Positions 1 through 9,921 of a stretch of DNA of 24,000 nt are shown piece after piece (position 1 is the stretch's first letter; the number at the start of each line of letters is the position of its first letter). The translations under genes and the position numbers were made by a program. The notes under the pieces are model-generated. The model ran no database searches, was not told the DNA's origin, and saw only the letters and a program-made list of their open reading frames with translations. This stretch comes from an uncultured Phycisphaeraceae bacterium (lineage in GTDB: Bacteria; Planctomycetota; Phycisphaerae; UBA1845): positions 8,705 through 32,704 of the forward strand of contig CAYRSS010000012.1 of assembly GCA_964426945.1 (NCBI GenBank), given 5' to 3'.

Positions 1-1178
1 AAGGCCTGGGCGAAATCATCGAGAAACGCCCGCGTCCGCGAGTACTGGTGGGGCTGGAAGACGACGAGCGTGCGCCGCGGGCGGTAGCGGTCGCGCGCGG
101 CCTCGATCGTCACCCGGATTTCGGTCGGGTGGTGGGCATAGTCGTCGAGAATGGTCACGCCGCGGGCCTGGCCGCGGAGGGTCATCCGCCGCATGACGCC
201 GCGGAACTCCGGCAGGGCGCGGCCGATCGCCATCGGGTCGATCCCCGCGTCGTACGCCAGGGCGATGGTCGCCAGCGCGTTGTACACATTGTGCAGCCCT
301 GCGATGGCCAGCCGCGTGTCGAGCATCCAGCGGCCGCGGTAGCTGACGCTGAAGGCGTAGCAGCCCGATTCCTCGCGCAGGTCGGTCGCGCGCCAGTCCA
401 CTGCCTCAGTGCGGCCGAAGGTCTGCACCCGGGCGCGGCCAGATCGCGCGGCGCTGAGCGCGAAGCGATCTTCGCCATTGCAGACGATCAGCCCGTCGGG
501 GGCGACCTGGCGGCAGAAGTCGGCGAAGGCCCCGACGATCTCGTCGAGCCCGCTGTAGTAGTCGAGGTGATCCGACTCGATGTTGAGCACCGCAGCACGT
601 CGCGGGTGCAGGTGCAGGAACGAGCGGTTGAACTCGCACGATTCGACGACGAAGTGCTGGCCGGAGCCCGCCCCGCTGCTGCCGCCGAGCTGATCACACC
701 GACCGCCGACGACGAACGACGGATCAAGCCCGGCCTCGCGGAAGACGAAGGCTGTCAGCGCGGTGGTCGTGCTCTTGCCGTGGGTGCCGGCGATGGCGAC
801 GCCGTCGCGGCATTGCATCAGCATGCCAAGTGCTTCGAAGTAGGTGCGCCGGGTGATGCCGCGCGTCGCGGCGAGAGCGAGCTCGCAGTTGTCCGCGGGA
901 ACGGCGGCGCTGTGGATGATCAGCGAGGCGTCGTCGGGCAGGTTACCCGGCTGGTGGCCGATGCGTACCGTGGCGCCGCGGTGCACGAGATCGCCCATGC
1001 CTTCGAACTCTTCGCGGTCGCTGCCGCTCACGACGGCGCCCAGGTCAATCAGCAGGCGGGCCACACCAATCATGCCCGAACCGCCGATGCCGACGAGGTG
1101 CACGCGGAGACCGCGGAAGTTCACCGCGTTCGCCGCAGGCGCGCTGCCCGAAGATCGATCGAGGCTGTCGAGACTCAT
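1..1178 (-). CDS. murC: UDP-N-acetylmuramate--L-alanine ligase MurC; C-terminus cut off by the window start
   Basis: Not in the ORF track because it has no stop codon inside the window. My translation of the reverse strand from the ATG at 1178..1176 stays open to base 1. It reads MSLDSLDRSS...RVHLVGIGGSGMIGVARLL...VAIAGTHGKSTTTALTAF...ILDDYAHHPTEI...LVVFQPHQYSRTRAF. These match the MurC N-terminal GIGGSGM motif, the Mur-ligase P-loop GTHGKST and the DDYAHHPTEI/FQPH.YSRT motifs. It also sits in the expected dcw position after murG. Confidence 0.9.
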   Translation of the reverse strand, partial: MSLDSLDRSSGSAPAANAVNFRGLRVHLVGIGGSGMIGVARLLIDLGAVVSGSDREEFEGMGDLVHRGATVRIGHQPGNLPDDASLIIHSAAVPADNCELALAATRGITRRTYFEALGMLMQCRDGVAIAGTHGKSTTTALTAFVFREAGLDPSFVVGGRCDQLGGSSGAGSGQHFVVESCEFNRSFLHLHPRRAAVLNIESDHLDYYSGLDEIVGAFADFCRQVAPDGLIVCNGEDRFALSAARSGRARVQTFGRTEAVDWRATDLREESGCYAFSVSYRGRWMLDTRLAIAGLHNVYNALATIALAYDAGIDPMAIGRALPEFRGVMRRMTLRGQARGVTILDDYAHHPTEIRVTIEAARDRYRPRRTLVVFQPHQYSRTRAFLDDFAQA

Positions 1179-1298
1179 GGATCCGGGGTCTTTCGCGCGG
1201 GAGGGCCGTGGGCGTAATTGTCGCGTGCGACCGTCACCCGGTCGCCTCCGCGCATGCCGCGACGGGTGCAGCGCCGCACGCCGACTGCACTGTTACCG

Positions 1299-2477
1299 CT
1301 ATCGGCCCGGCCCGCAAGTTGCCTGCAGGGTTTCCGGCGTGCCCGCCATCGCCTCGCGGCCTGCCATCGCCAGCAGTCGAGAGGCAATTTCACAGGCCGC
1401 GTCGGGCCGCCCGATCGCCCGCGCCGCAGCGGCCATACGCGACCGCCGCACGTCGTCATCCAGTAGTTGTGTCAGCACAGGCTGTAACGCGGCGGCGTTG
1501 GCGGCGGCTTCGCGCCGATCCTCCACAACGCACGCGGCGCCCACCGACGCGAGGCACGCGGCGTTGGCATCCTGGTGACGGCCGCGGTCGTAGGGATAAG
1601 GCATCAACACCGACGCCACCCCCGCCGCGGAAATCTCGGCCAGCGTCGATGCCCCCGCACGCGACACGACCAGGTCAGCCGCGGCGAACGCCGCCGGCAT
1701 GTCGGCGGTGTAGGCGAGCACTATCGCAGAGAGGCGGGCTTCTTCGTAGTCTCGCTGCACCTCGGAGAATTCGGCGTCGCCGGTCAGGTGGAGCACCTGC
1801 CAGCCGGGGCGGGCTGCGATGGTCGCGGCCAAGCGCGTGGTGGCCTGGTTGATGGATCGGGCCCCCTGCGAGGCGCCGGTCACGAGCAGGGTGTGCCGGG
1901 CCGGATCGAGGCCGAACACGGCGCAGCCCTCCGCCCGGGAAATGTTCCCGAAGCCGGATCGCACCGGACAGCCCAGCACTTCGACCCGGGCCCCGCGCGG
2001 CACGCCCGCCCGCGTGGCCTCCCACTGCGCAAACACGACGTCCACCTTCGACGCCAGCCACCGATTGGCCTTGCCGGGGCGGGCGTCGGGATTCAGCAGG
2101 GCTGTCGGCACGCCCAGATCCCGCGCCGCCAGCACCGCCGGCGCCGAGGCGAATCCACCCGTGCCGACAACCACGTCGGGACGCCGGCGGGCAAACTGCC
2201 GACGGGCCACGCCGCGTGCCCGACCGAGGGCAAGCACGAACCCCGGCCAGCTCCACGGGCTGGATCTGAGCGGGCGAACATCCTGCGGAATGTGGTCACA
2301 CCCCGTGTCCGCGAGCACGCGGGCGTCGATCGGCCGTCGGGTGGCGAAGAAGGTGAATGAAGCGCCGGAGCAGTGTTCGCGGATCGCCCGGACGACGCCG
2401 AGGGCTGGATACAGATGCCCTCCCGTGCCGCCGCCGGAGAAAACAAACCAGGGCTCGCCGAGGCTTCGTGCTGACAT
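1299..2477 (-). CDS. murG: Undecaprenyldiphospho-muramoylpentapeptide beta-N-acetylglucosaminyltransferase MurG
   Basis: 392-aa ORF with an ATG at 2477. The N-terminus FSGGGTGGHLYPALGV is the MurG glycine-rich motif. Length and dcw position (ftsW-murG-murC) fit. Confidence 0.92.
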   Translation of the reverse strand: MSARSLGEPWFVFSGGGTGGHLYPALGVVRAIREHCSGASFTFFATRRPIDARVLADTGCDHIPQDVRPLRSSPWSWPGFVLALGRARGVARRQFARRRPDVVVGTGGFASAPAVLAARDLGVPTALLNPDARPGKANRWLASKVDVVFAQWEATRAGVPRGARVEVLGCPVRSGFGNISRAEGCAVFGLDPARHTLLVTGASQGARSINQATTRLAATIAARPGWQVLHLTGDAEFSEVQRDYEEARLSAIVLAYTADMPAAFAAADLVVSRAGASTLAEISAAGVASVLMPYPYDRGRHQDANAACLASVGAACVVEDRREAAANAAALQPVLTQLLDDDVRRSRMAAAARAIGRPDAACEIASRLLAMAGREAMAGTPETLQATCGPGR

Positions 2478-2514
2478 GCCCCACCGCCTGACGGAAGCCG
2501 CCCCTTGCGCCCTA

Positions 2515-3717
2515 CTACGAAAACGCCGGTTCGAAGTCGTGCTCGTCCGCCGCCGGCCGCTCCGACGGGACAGACGCTCCGCGCTGGGCGATGGCGACGA
2601 GCAGCCCCAGCGCCCCGCACCAGATGAGCGTGCCGCTGCCTCCCGCGGAAATCAGCGGGAGCGGCACGCCAGTTGTCGGCATCGACACGGTGACGACGGC
2701 GAGGTTCATCGCCGCCTGCGCCCCGCACACCATCGTGATCCCGAACGCGACGAGCCGTTCGAACCGCGTCCGCGCCGCCAGCATTGTACGCATGCCGACC
2801 CAGACGAGCGCGACATAAATCCCGATGACCAGAAACGCCCCCAGGAGGCCGGTTTCCTCGCAGATGACGGCGTAGATGAAGTCGGTCGAGTTTTCGGGGA
2901 GGAAGTACTTGCGGATGCCCGTCCCCAACCCCGAGCCGAACCACCCGCCCGCGGCGATGGTCGTCATCGACTGGATGGGCTGGTAGCCCTTGCCTTGCGG
3001 GTCGGCTTCAAGCTCGACGAAGGCGCGGATGCGGTCCATGCGGTAGTCCTCCGCCTGCAGCAGCACGAGCAGCCCCGCCACCGCGACCACACCGATCACC
3101 GCGAGATACCGCAGGCGGCAGCCGGCGGCGACGAGCATCGCCATGCCCGCCACGGAGAGCAGCGCCGCCGTGCCGAGGTTCTCCTTGCCGATCAGCGCCA
3201 GGCAGACCGCCATCGCCGCCCCCGCGGGAAGCAGCCCCCGCAGCAGGCTTCGCGGATCGGCGTTCTCGCGCGTCAGTATCCACGCGACGCAGAGAACCAG
3301 CGCGATCTTGGCCAGCTCCGACGGCTGGAGCCGCAGCCCCAGCGACGCCGGCCCGATCCGCAGCCAGCGGTGCGAACCATGTTTCGCCTCCGCAAAGCTG
3401 GGCATCAGCACGGCGATCAGCCCGACGATGCTGAGCACGAACAGCGACGTCACCACCGCCCGACGGACGGAGGGCGAGGCATCGAGGAGCAACGGCGTCC
3501 ACAGCCGGGCGGAGCCCAGCAGCACCAGCAGCCCCGCGGCCGAGAAGACGAGCTGTCGCCCGAAGGTGCCCTTCCACATCGTCGCGGAAAAGAGCGGCTG
3601 ATCGACGCTCGCCGAGGTGCTGGCGACCATGACCACCCCGATCGCCATGAGGGCGACGGCGAGGAGTTGAATGGTGCCCGCGTCAGAAGAAGGCCGGGAA
3701 TGGGGATGCGCGTCCAT
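2515..3717 (-). CDS. ftsW: SEDS-family lipid II polymerase / cell division protein FtsW
   Basis: 400-aa polytopic membrane ORF. It carries FtsW/RodA/SpoVE-like segments (TDFIYAVICEETGLLGA, PLPLISAGGSGTL). The ftsW call rather than rodA rests on its position between mraY and murG. Confidence 0.88.
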   Translation of the reverse strand: MDAHPHSRPSSDAGTIQLLAVALMAIGVVMVASTSASVDQPLFSATMWKGTFGRQLVFSAAGLLVLLGSARLWTPLLLDASPSVRRAVVTSLFVLSIVGLIAVLMPSFAEAKHGSHRWLRIGPASLGLRLQPSELAKIALVLCVAWILTRENADPRSLLRGLLPAGAAMAVCLALIGKENLGTAALLSVAGMAMLVAAGCRLRYLAVIGVVAVAGLLVLLQAEDYRMDRIRAFVELEADPQGKGYQPIQSMTTIAAGGWFGSGLGTGIRKYFLPENSTDFIYAVICEETGLLGAFLVIGIYVALVWVGMRTMLAARTRFERLVAFGITMVCGAQAAMNLAVVTVSMPTTGVPLPLISAGGSGTLIWCGALGLLVAIAQRGASVPSERPAADEHDFEPAFS

Positions 3718-3793
3718 GCGACTTCTCCCGGAGACCGCCCGGACCCAAGGGGCGCGGGGCGGACTCCGTCGTTCAAACCGGGGCGGCCGTGGC

Positions 3794-3817
3794 CCGCGCG
3801 GGGTCCGTCCCGCGCAG
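3794..3817 (-). other. GC-rich stem-loop in the mraY-ftsW spacer
   Basis: GCGCGGG (3796-3802), loop GTCCGT, CCCGCGC (3809-3815). On the minus-strand RNA the stem extends to 9 bp with one G.U pair. No U-tract follows. Confidence 0.35.
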
Positions 3818-3844
3818 CCCCCGCCCCGCTCGACTCGGCAGGTC

Positions 3845-5047
3845 TCAGCGCAGCTTGATCGTCATCAGCGCCACGCCGGAGCACAGCGCCGCGATCAGCC
3901 AGAACCGTACCACCGTCTGCGGCTCGCTCCAGCCGCTGAGGTGGAAGTGGTGATGCAACGGGGCGCACTTGAAGATGCGCTTGCCGCCCGACCACTTGAA
4001 GTAGCCCACCTGCATCATCACCGAAATCGCCTCCATCATGAAGACGCCCCCGGCGATAAACAGCATCAATTCCTGCCGCGTCACGATCGCGACGTAGCCG
4101 ATCAGCCCGCCCAGCGGCAGCGACCCCGTGTCGCCCATGAATACCTTGGCTGGGTGGCAATTGTACCACAGGAACCCAAGGCAACTGCCCAGAATCCCCC
4201 CGAGGAGCACCAGCAGTTCATCGCTGAGCGGCACGTAGGGAAACAGCAGCTTCTGGGCCAGGTCGCTCGACCCGACCACCCACGTCAGGAGCATGAACAC
4301 CAGCGCACACAGGGCCACGCACCCCGACGCCAGCCCGTCCATGCCGTCGGTCAGGTTCACCGCATTGGAGGTGAAGGTCATCACCAGCACGGTCACGATC
4401 ATGAAGCCCGGCACGCCGAGCTCCAACCCGTGCTTGTAGAACGGCACGCTCAGCACGCGGTATGACGGCAGCGCCGCGCTCACGCCGTCCGCGGTGACCA
4501 CCGCGTGGTTGTGGCTCCCGTAGCGATAAACGAAGTAGCCGATCAGCACCCCGAGACCGAACTGGAAGAGCAGCTTCTCGTAGCTCTTGAGCCCGTCGCG
4601 GGATCGCGATCGCGTCTTGGCGGTCAGCTTGAGCCAGTCGTCCACGCCGCCGAGGGCCCCCAGCCAGACCAGGCAGACCAGCCCCATGCGGACATAGAAA
4701 TTGGACAGATCGGCGAAGAGGAGCACGGCCAGCGCGATGCACAGGAGCATCAGCACGCCGCCCATCGTCGGCACGTTGCTCTTGTCGCGGGTCAGCTCGT
4801 TGAGCGAGGCGTGGTCAAACTCGGGCCGGTCGCCGATTTTCCAGCGGATCAGCTGGCGGATCCACTTCGGCAGCAGCAGCACGATCAGCGCAAAGCAGAA
4901 CACCGCCGCGACGACCCCGCGGAACGCGGGATTCTCGTAGGCGTAGTGCGTGTCGCGGAAGATGTAGCGGAGGAGATCGTATAGCACACGAAAAACGCCG
5001 CGCTGCGGCCGACCGCCCTTGTCGATCGCCGCAACAGCCCCTGCCAC
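3845..5047 (-). CDS. mraY: Phospho-N-acetylmuramoyl-pentapeptide-transferase MraY
   Basis: 400-aa polytopic ORF with a GTG start at 5047. MraY motifs are present: NAVNLTDGMDGLASG, MGDTGSLPLGG and APLHHHFHLSGWSE. It sits in the dcw position after murF. Confidence 0.93.
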   Translation of the reverse strand: MAGAVAAIDKGGRPQRGVFRVLYDLLRYIFRDTHYAYENPAFRGVVAAVFCFALIVLLLPKWIRQLIRWKIGDRPEFDHASLNELTRDKSNVPTMGGVLMLLCIALAVLLFADLSNFYVRMGLVCLVWLGALGGVDDWLKLTAKTRSRSRDGLKSYEKLLFQFGLGVLIGYFVYRYGSHNHAVVTADGVSAALPSYRVLSVPFYKHGLELGVPGFMIVTVLVMTFTSNAVNLTDGMDGLASGCVALCALVFMLLTWVVGSSDLAQKLLFPYVPLSDELLVLLGGILGSCLGFLWYNCHPAKVFMGDTGSLPLGGLIGYVAIVTRQELMLFIAGGVFMMEAISVMMQVGYFKWSGGKRIFKCAPLHHHFHLSGWSEPQTVVRFWLIAALCSGVALMTIKLR

Positions 5048-5076
5048 GCGGCGAGGGAGGCCTCACGACCGAATCA

Positions 5077-6480
5077 TCAGGCCACCGCGGCCGCAGGCTG
5101 TCGACGCGCCTGCACGTGGCTCACCACGCGGTCGAGCCGAATGCCGCGCGAGCCCTTCACCAGCACCGTGTCACCCGGCGAGAGAATCCCATCGAGCGCA
5201 CCGCACGCCGTCTCGGCCGAGTCACAGAGAACCTGGAGCCGGCCCAGCGGCTCAGCCCCGAGACCCAGCGCCGCCGAGGTCATCAGCGGCCCCACGCCCA
5301 CGAACACCTCGATACCCGCTTTCCGGGCCGTCTCGACCACGCGGCGATGGAGCCCGGCCGACTCCGCACCGAGTTCCAGCATGTCGCCCAGTACGAGCAC
5401 CCGGCGGCCCTTCTCCTGTGCGGCAAGCAGCGCGATCGCCGCCGACACGCTCGCGGGATTGGCGTTGTAGGCGTCGTCCACGAGCGTCACGCCGCCGCAC
5501 TCGGCGACGTTGGTCCGCCCCTGCGGGGGCACGAAAGTCCGCAGGCGGTCCGCAATCTCAGCGGATGTGACCCCGAACCAGCGGCCCACTGCGTACGCCG
5601 CAGCGGCGTTCGTGGCGTGGTGCGCGCCGGGCATGGGCAGATCAACGCGGCAGTCGCCGCCGAGGGTGAAACTGGTCCCCCGGATCGTTCCGCGGACCTC
5701 GCCCACGGCGACATCGCCGCCCGCCCGGCGGCCGATGCGGCGGATCTCGATCGGCAAGCCTGCCAGGTGCCGCTCCATGGCCTCGTGATCAACGTTGACC
5801 ACGCCGAGCCCGCCGCGGCGGATGCACCGCAGCAGCGAGGACTTCTCGACGAGCACGCCGGACAATCCGCCGAGCCCCTCCAGGTGGGCCTCGCCGATCG
5901 AGGTGATGACGCCGACGTCCGGATCGCCCATGCCCGCGAGGGCCGCGACTTCGCCGGGGGCGTTGGTGCCGATCTCGAGCACGAGGTAGTCGTCATCCGC
6001 GTCCGCCGACAGGATCGTCAGCGGCACGCCGATCTGGTTGTTGAAGCTCTTGGGCGAGCAGTGTCCCTTGCGCGATCCCGCGAGGACGTGGTCGATCATG
6101 CGCTTGGTGGTGGTCTTGCCGTTGCTGCCGGTGACGGCGATGACGCGCGTGGCCTTGTTCATGACCCGCCGGCGATACCACGCGGCGAGCCGCCCCAGCG
6201 CGACGGTCACGTCGTCAACCCAAGCGCAGAGCATCGGGTCAGACCCGCGCATCTCCCGGCGGCGTGGCGCTTCGCAGACGCACAGCGCGGCCCCGAGATC
6301 CAGAGCCTGGCGCACAAAGGCGTGACCGTCATGAGTTTCGCCGCGGAGGGCAAAGAAGACGTCGCCGGGGCGCACCTCGCGCGAGTCGGTGACCACGCGC
6401 CGGCCCATCACGCCGGGCCGGGGAATGTCGAGCCGTCCACCCATCGCCTCCGTCATCTGCCGCAGCGTCATCGCGATCAT
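5077..6480 (-). CDS. murF: UDP-N-acetylmuramoyl-tripeptide--D-alanyl-D-alanine ligase MurF
   Basis: Mur-ligase P-loop VIAVTGSNGKTTTKRMI and LVDDAYNANPAS. I prefer the ATG at 6480, which gives 467 aa starting MIAMTLRQ. It forms an ATGA start/stop overlap with the murE TGA at 6479..6477. The longest ORF starts at 6498. Confidence 0.9.
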   Translation of the reverse strand: MIAMTLRQMTEAMGGRLDIPRPGVMGRRVVTDSREVRPGDVFFALRGETHDGHAFVRQALDLGAALCVCEAPRRREMRGSDPMLCAWVDDVTVALGRLAAWYRRRVMNKATRVIAVTGSNGKTTTKRMIDHVLAGSRKGHCSPKSFNNQIGVPLTILSADADDDYLVLEIGTNAPGEVAALAGMGDPDVGVITSIGEAHLEGLGGLSGVLVEKSSLLRCIRRGGLGVVNVDHEAMERHLAGLPIEIRRIGRRAGGDVAVGEVRGTIRGTSFTLGGDCRVDLPMPGAHHATNAAAAYAVGRWFGVTSAEIADRLRTFVPPQGRTNVAECGGVTLVDDAYNANPASVSAAIALLAAQEKGRRVLVLGDMLELGAESAGLHRRVVETARKAGIEVFVGVGPLMTSAALGLGAEPLGRLQVLCDSAETACGALDGILSPGDTVLVKGSRGIRLDRVVSHVQARRQPAAAVA

Positions 6481-8036
6481 ACGATTCCCCTTGCACATCC
6501 ATGTTGTCGGGAGAAATACTCGCGGGCGACCGCGCGGTCGTCGAACGGCAGCGTGCGGTCGCCGATGATCTGGTAGTCTTCGTGCCCCTTGCCGGCGATC
6601 AGCACGGCGTCGCCGGCGGCCGCGCCGCCGAGGGCCAGCTCGATGGCGGCCCGGCGGTCGGGTTCGACGTCGACCCGGCAGGCCGCCCCCGAGAAGCCCG
6701 GCAGCACTTCGTCGATGATCACCCGGGGATCTTCGCTCCGCGGGTTGTCGCTGGTGACCACCGCCGCGTCGGCAAACCGCGCGACCGCCGCCGCCATGCG
6801 GGGTCGCTTGGTCCGGTCACGATCGCCGCCGCAGCCGAACACGCAGATCAGCCGACCCGGCGTGATGGGTCGCACGGCGCTGAGCACGTTGGTGAGCGCG
6901 TCGTCGCTGTGGGCGTAATCCACGAAGACGGAGAACGGTGTACCCGGCGGTTCGACGCGCTCCAATCGGCCGGGCGCTGCGACCAGCCCCGCCACCCCGG
7001 CGGCGATTTCGTCAAACGTCAGCCCCAGCGCCATCGCTGAGGCGACCGCCGCCATCACGTTACGGACGTTGTGCAGACCCACGAGGCCGCATTCCACCGG
7101 CAGCCGAAAGCCCGGGCCGCGGACGATGAACTGCGTACCCAGCGCCGACGGCCGCACCTGCTCGGCGCGAATCTCGGCCACAGGCGAGTCGAGCCCGAAG
7201 CGAATCACGCGGCCGGAGAAGGCCGAGATCATCAGCTCGGCCCAGGGGTCGTCGGCATTGATGACGGCGACGCCGCCATTCTCAAGCAGGCCGAAGAGCC
7301 GCCGCTTCGCCCCGGCATATCGCTCCAGCGTCTGGTGATAGTCAAGATGATCGCCGGTCAGGTTCGTGAACACGGCCACGGCGAAGGACAACCCGTCGCA
7401 GCGGCGCTGATCGAGCGCGTGCGACGACACTTCCAGCACGGCGTGGGTCGCGCCGGCGTCGAGCGCCTCGCGCAGGTTGGCGGAGAGCTCCACCGTCCCC
7501 GGCGTGGTCAGCGGCGAGGGCACGCGGCGGGCGATGAGGTCGGATTCCACCGTGCCGAACAGGGCGCAGCGCCGCTCCGCCGCGTTGAGCAGGCCGCGCA
7601 CGAGCCAGGCTGTCGTGGTCTTGCCGTTGGTGCCGGTAATGCCCACAAGGGGCAGTACAAAGCGGCCGTCGTCGCGGCGCAGGCGGTGGTGAGCGGCGGC
7701 GAGCCGAACGAGCGCGTCGCGAGAATCGGCCACCTGCACGATGGCGGGACCGCGAACCCCCTCGACCGGCTGCTCGACCACCAGCGCGCTGGCCCCGGCC
7801 GCCGCGGCGCGTTCGGTGAAACGGTGGCCGTCAACCGCGGTGCCGCGCACCGCGACGAAGCACGCCCCGGCGCCGGCCTTCCGCGAATCGTCGGTAAGTG
7901 ACACGACGTTGACACCCGGGTCGCCGGTCACGCGGACGGGCTCAATGCCTGCCCGTCGGAGGAGTTCGCCGAGCGACGAGTTGGATCGGGAAGCGCTCAC
8001 AGCCTTGTGATCTCTGGGGGCCCCGCGAAGGATCAT
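6477..8036 (-). CDS. murE: UDP-N-acetylmuramoyl-L-alanyl-D-glutamate--2,6-diaminopimelate ligase MurE
   Basis: P-loop VGITGTNGKTTTAWLV and a C-terminal TSDNPRSEDP. The DNPR motif is associated with meso-DAP-adding MurE enzymes. I chose the start at ATG 8036 (MILRGAP..., 519 aa). The track's start at 8168 would overlap the ftsI 3' end and adds an Arg-rich, implausible N-terminus. Confidence 0.9.
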   Translation of the reverse strand: MILRGAPRDHKAVSASRSNSSLGELLRRAGIEPVRVTGDPGVNVVSLTDDSRKAGAGACFVAVRGTAVDGHRFTERAAAAGASALVVEQPVEGVRGPAIVQVADSRDALVRLAAAHHRLRRDDGRFVLPLVGITGTNGKTTTAWLVRGLLNAAERRCALFGTVESDLIARRVPSPLTTPGTVELSANLREALDAGATHAVLEVSSHALDQRRCDGLSFAVAVFTNLTGDHLDYHQTLERYAGAKRRLFGLLENGGVAVINADDPWAELMISAFSGRVIRFGLDSPVAEIRAEQVRPSALGTQFIVRGPGFRLPVECGLVGLHNVRNVMAAVASAMALGLTFDEIAAGVAGLVAAPGRLERVEPPGTPFSVFVDYAHSDDALTNVLSAVRPITPGRLICVFGCGGDRDRTKRPRMAAAVARFADAAVVTSDNPRSEDPRVIIDEVLPGFSGAACRVDVEPDRRAAIELALGGAAAGDAVLIAGKGHEDYQIIGDRTLPFDDRAVAREYFSRQHGCARGIV

Positions 8037-8097
8037 ACCCGTCCCACCCCGGCGATCCACGCGCGCGCCGACGCGCGGCCGGCCCGGCCGCGACAAT

Positions 8098-9876
8098 TCA
8101 CAGCCCCGCGACGCGAGCCTCAGCCAGGTTCTTGTCCGGCGGCACTTTGAGATAGCGCAGGGACGCATCGAGAATCCGGCCGGCCGCCGGTGCGGCCACC
8201 TTGCCGCCGTAGTACTCGATCCGGGCGTCCGGTCGGCGGATCATCACCAGCACCGCCACCCGCGGATTCGTCGCCGGCCCCGCGCCGAGAAACGCCGACT
8301 GGTACTGCCCCGGCTCGTATCCCCCCCGACCATCGCGGTAGAGGAGCTTGGTCGTGCCGGTCTTGCCGATGATGGTGTAGTCGTCTGAGCGGGCGGCCGT
8401 GCCGCTGCCTTCCTCGGTGACGCTGACCAGGACATCTCGGGCGAGGAAGTCGATCACGTCGCGCGGGGCGACTTCGCGGACCACCTGCGGCTCCTCGAAC
8501 GACTCGATCACCTCGCCATCCGGCCCAAGCAGCGCCTTGATCGCCCTCGGGCGGAGCAGCACGCCGTCGTTGGCGATGGCGGCAAAGGCCGTCAGCAACT
8601 GCAGCGGCGTCGCGAGCAGCTCGTAGCCCATGGGGATCGAGGTGATCGTCAGCGGGCTCCACTTCGTCGGCGGCGCGATGCGGCCGGGGTGCTCGGCGCG
8701 AAGATCGATGCCGGTCGCCTCGCCGAATCCGAACGCGCGGACGGCGTCATACACCGGCTTGCGGCCCATGCGCAGGGCGATCTTCGCCATGCCGATGTTG
8801 CTGCTCTTGGCGAGAATGCCCTTGATCGTCAGCGACCCCTGGGGCGAAACGTCCTTGATCGTCCGACCGCCGGTGTTGTAAGTCCCGAAATGGCAGTTGA
8901 TGCTCTCCTCGCGGCCGACGAAGCGCCCGGCCAGGGCGCCGGCGGCGACGAAGGGCTTGAACACGCTGCCCGGCTCGACGGGGTCGGTCAGGGCGCGATT
9001 GGCCCAGAGCGACTGGTCCACGCGCGGGGCCTCGGCCGGGTCGAACGTCGGCCAGCAGGCCATCGCGAGCACTTCCCCGGTCCGCGGGTCCATGACGATG
9101 CCGATGGCGCTCTCGGCGTGAAGCTCTTTGGCCCGGTCGGCGATGGCCTCCTCGGTGATCCGCTGGATCTCGGCGTCGAGCGTCAGCACGACGTGGCCGC
9201 CGTCCTGCGGGCTCGACGCGCCGTCCGGCATGCGCCAGATGGCCCGGCGCTTCTGGTCGCGGATGGTCGAGCGGACGCCGTCTACGCCGGCAAGGTGCTT
9301 GTCGTGCGACTTCTCAACCCCCTCCATCCCCAACCCCTCCGCCCCGGTGAACCCGAGCACGTGGGACATGGAGGCCCCCAGCGGGTAGGTGCGAATGCCG
9401 CGCTCGCGGAAACCGACTTCGCGCCGCCGCAGCGCACGCACCGCATCGAGCGATAAGTCATCGACCGCTTCGGCGATGACCGCGAAACGCCGGTCGCGGC
9501 GCTCCATCAGCTTGGCCTGCACTTGCGCAGCGGGGATGTTCAGCTTGGCGCCGAGCTCAGCCGCGAGAAACTCAGCGGCCTCCTCGAAGGTCTCTTCGGG
9601 GCCGGTGATCATCGAGGGGTCGACGAACACGTCGTAGGTGCGGCGGCTGGCGGCGACGACGCGACCGGTGCGGTCGAGGATCATCCCGCGGCGGGCGGGC
9701 ACGGCGGTCTGGCCATACTGCTGGCGGGCGGCGAGCGCAAGAAGCTTTGGCCCCTTGTAGCTCTGGATGTACATCAGCCGCCCGGCCATCCCCGCCAGCG
9801 ACAGGGCGACCATGGAGAGAATCAGCGCACCCCAGCGGCGCTGCACGATGTCCAGATGAGAAAGGGAACCACGCAT
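8098..9876 (-). CDS. ftsI: Class B penicillin-binding protein / peptidoglycan D,D-transpeptidase FtsI
   Basis: 592 aa with an N-terminal TM segment (WGALILSMVALSLAGMAG). Transpeptidase motifs appear in order: SxxK (GSVFKPF), SxN (KSSNIG) and KTG (GKTGTT). It sits in the dcw position before murE. Confidence 0.9.
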   Translation of the reverse strand: MRGSLSHLDIVQRRWGALILSMVALSLAGMAGRLMYIQSYKGPKLLALAARQQYGQTAVPARRGMILDRTGRVVAASRRTYDVFVDPSMITGPEETFEEAAEFLAAELGAKLNIPAAQVQAKLMERRDRRFAVIAEAVDDLSLDAVRALRRREVGFRERGIRTYPLGASMSHVLGFTGAEGLGMEGVEKSHDKHLAGVDGVRSTIRDQKRRAIWRMPDGASSPQDGGHVVLTLDAEIQRITEEAIADRAKELHAESAIGIVMDPRTGEVLAMACWPTFDPAEAPRVDQSLWANRALTDPVEPGSVFKPFVAAGALAGRFVGREESINCHFGTYNTGGRTIKDVSPQGSLTIKGILAKSSNIGMAKIALRMGRKPVYDAVRAFGFGEATGIDLRAEHPGRIAPPTKWSPLTITSIPMGYELLATPLQLLTAFAAIANDGVLLRPRAIKALLGPDGEVIESFEEPQVVREVAPRDVIDFLARDVLVSVTEEGSGTAARSDDYTIIGKTGTTKLLYRDGRGGYEPGQYQSAFLGAGPATNPRVAVLVMIRRPDARIEYYGGKVAAPAAGRILDASLRYLKVPPDKNLAEARVAGL

Positions 9877-9921
9877 GGGGGCCGCACCACCGCTTGACGT
9901 CCACCGACCTGCGAGCCGTCG

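Noticed and set aside
48-1217. 389-aa plus-strand ORF, the largest listed at the window start
   Set aside because: It is antisense to a reverse-strand reading frame that translates into an unmistakable MurC (GIGGSGM, GTHGKSTTT, DDYAHHPTEI). Its own product is an Ala/Arg/Gly/Val-rich sequence with no recognisable motifs. It is a shadow ORF.
1819-3858. 679-aa plus-strand ORF spanning the murG and ftsW regions
   Set aside because: The translation is Arg/Pro/Glu-rich low-complexity sequence. It is antisense to two well-supported genes. This is a typical high-GC shadow ORF.
8037-8168. N-terminal extension of murE back to 8168
   Set aside because: The extension (MRPCAISKCRRTRTWLRLASRG...) is Arg-rich and overlaps the 3' end of ftsI by 71 nt. 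The ATG at 8036 gives a normal MurE N-terminus.
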